Assembly (NCBI GenBank): GCA_963575745.1
Contig: CAUYUJ010000175.1
Coordinates: 1-64,000, forward strand
Reading direction: 5' to 3'
DNA: 64,000 bases
Source of the DNA: Prorocentrum cordatum
Taxonomy: Eukaryota
The notes under the pieces were generated by a model, which saw nothing but the letters and a program-made list of their open reading frames with translations, was not told the DNA's origin and did not search any database. This document shows, piece by piece, positions 62,051 to 64,000 of the stretch; within the stretch, counting starts at the first letter, position 1; the number at the start of each line of letters is the position of its first letter. A program made the position numbers and the translations under genes.

Positions 62051-63776
62051 GTCGTGCGTGTCCCCCTACAAGGGGATTTTCGACGAAAAATGAAAAAAAT
62101 ACCCCAAAAATACACCAAAAAGGAAACAAACAAACAAAAAAGTAGTCCCCAGGCTATTGTTTTGACTAGTCTTCCCAACCATCCTGTGGTGTTGGGTCCT
62201 CGTTTTGAAGAGACGGTCCCCGCGTTCTCCTTCTCTCCTCCTCTTGCCCCTCCTCCTCCACCGTCCGCATGCGTCCCGCACACCCAGTACAGCGCTTCGT
62301 GGCCCCATAGGGAGCCCCACTGAAGGTCCCAGTGCTACCCTCGGCATGCGTCCCGCACACCCAGTACAGCGCTTCGTGGCCACACAGGGAGCTCCACCGA
62401 AGGTCCCAGTGCTACCGTCCGCATGCGTCCCGCACACCCAGTACAGCGTTTCGTGGCCCTCCTCTTCCTCCTCCCTGCGTTCCACCCACCCAATACAGCG
62501 TTTCGTGGCCCCATAGAGAGCCCCACCGAAGGTCCCAGAGCTACCGTCCGCATGAGTCCCGCCCACCCAGTACAGCGCTTCGTGGCCCCATAGGGAGCCC
62601 CACCGAAGGTCCCAGCGCTACCCTCCGCATGCGTCCCGCACACCCAGTACAGCGCTTCGTGGCCCCATAGGGAGCTCCACCGAAGGTCCCAGGGCTACCG
62701 TCCGCATGCGTCCCGCACACCCAGTACAGCGCTTCGTGGCCCTCCTCCCCCTCCTCCCTGCGTTTCACCCACCGGGTACAGCGCTTCGTGGCCCCATAGG
62801 GAGCTCCACCGAAGGTCCCAGTGCTACCGTCCGCATGCGTCCCGCACACCCCGTACAATGTTTCGTGGCCCCATAGGGAGCCCCACCAAAGGTCCCAGCG
62901 CTACCGTCCGCATGCGTCCCGCACACCCAGTACAGCGTTTCGTGGCCCTCCTCCCCCTCCTCCCTGCGTTTCACCCACCCAATACAGCGCTTCGTGGCCC
63001 CATACGGAGCTCCACCGAAAGCCCCAGTGCTAGCGTCCGCATGCGTCCCGCACACCCAGTACAGCGCTTCGTGGCCCCATAGGGAGCCCCACCAAAGGTC
63101 CCAGCGCTACCGTCCGCATGCGTCCCGCACACCCAGTACAGCGTTTCGTGGCCCTCCTCCCCCTCCTCCCTGCGTTTCACCCACCCAGTACAACGCTTCG
63201 TGGCCCCATAGGGAGCTCCACCGAAGGCCCCAGTGCCCCCGTCCGCATGCGTCCCGGAAGCCCAATTTGGCATTCTCACCCACCCAGTGCAGCGCTTCAT
63301 GGCCCCATAGGGACCCCATAGGGGGCTCCACCCAAGGCCACAGTGCCACCGTCCATATGCGTCCGGGAAATGTAATTTGGCATTTTCACCCGCGCAGTGC
63401 AGCGTTTCGTGGCACCATAGGGGGCTCCACCGAAGCCCCCAGTGGGACCGTCCCCATGCGTCCCGGTAACCCAATTCGGCATTTTCACTCACTCAGTAGA
63501 GCGCTTCGTGGCCCCATAGAGGGCTCCACCGAAGCCCTCAGTGGGACCGTCCGCATGCGTCCCGGAAACCCAATTCGGCAAACCACCCACACAGTACAGC
63601 GTTCCCCCTTGCCCAGTGCAGCGCTTCGTGGCCCCATAGGGAGCTTCACCGAAGCAGATATTCACAATTACGGTACCCACAACTGCATTGGGTTGGGACC
63701 TTCGCCAGGATAATTTATTATTCTTGGGGTATCTTTATCTTTCGTCGAGAACCCCTGTAGGGGGGACAGGCCCGAC
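62051..63776. mobile_element. GTCGGGC-family MITE (TTAC/TTAA flanks) carrying a nested satellite element
   Basis: TIRs at about 62051-62088 and 63741-63776. Confidence 0.8.
62174..63715 (-). mobile_element. 77-bp-satellite element, same family as 141-1165
   Basis: Ends cccaaccatcctgtggtgttg and cacaactgcat..ggttggg.ccttcgccagg.taatt are shared. Confidence 0.85.
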
Positions 63777-63940
63777 TTAACGCCACGCCGTGGAGAAGAA
63801 AAAAACGCTCGCCTGCTCCCCCAGACCTCTCCCCGGGTGCGCTCGGACAAGAGCGTTCCAAGGCAGAGCCGGCGCTGGCCACGAGGTGACCTCCCTGGAG
63901 CCCCACGGGGAGGGAAATTCCGAGGAAGGGGCAGCGTTAA

Positions 63941-64000
63941 GTCGGGCCTGCCCCCCTGCGGGGGGATTTTCGACGAAAAATAAAAAGTATGCCCCAAAAA
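63941..64000. mobile_element. Left TIR of another GTCGGGC-family MITE
   Basis: ttaa|gtcgggcctgcccccctgcggggggattttcgacgaaaaa. Confidence 0.8.

Overview
GC-rich, repeat-saturated eukaryotic DNA that looks dinoflagellate, probably Prorocentrum-like. This is an inference from spliced-leader relics, GC/GA splice donors and TTTAGGG-derived repeats. Most ORFs in the supplied track are artefacts of microsatellites and satellites. The one host gene I can support is missed by the track: a minus-strand glycoside hydrolase family 7 (GH7)-like cellulase. Eight 43-85 nt exons spread over about 39 kb (49385 to 10538) splice in frame into 158 aa containing the E-x-D-x-x-E catalytic motif. They use 1 GT, 4 GC and 3 GA donors; the upstream and terminal exons were not found. 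Its introns hold nested mobile DNA: a 13.3 kb element with inverted ends, a candidate target-site duplication and three decayed cargo genes; CRE/REL-type and APE-type non-LTR remnants; a copia-like gag-protease remnant; several MITE families; an (AAC)n-embedded element; and satellite-filled elements. Upstream of the first exon found is a ~8 kb repeat-built element that starts with tandem spliced-leader relics.
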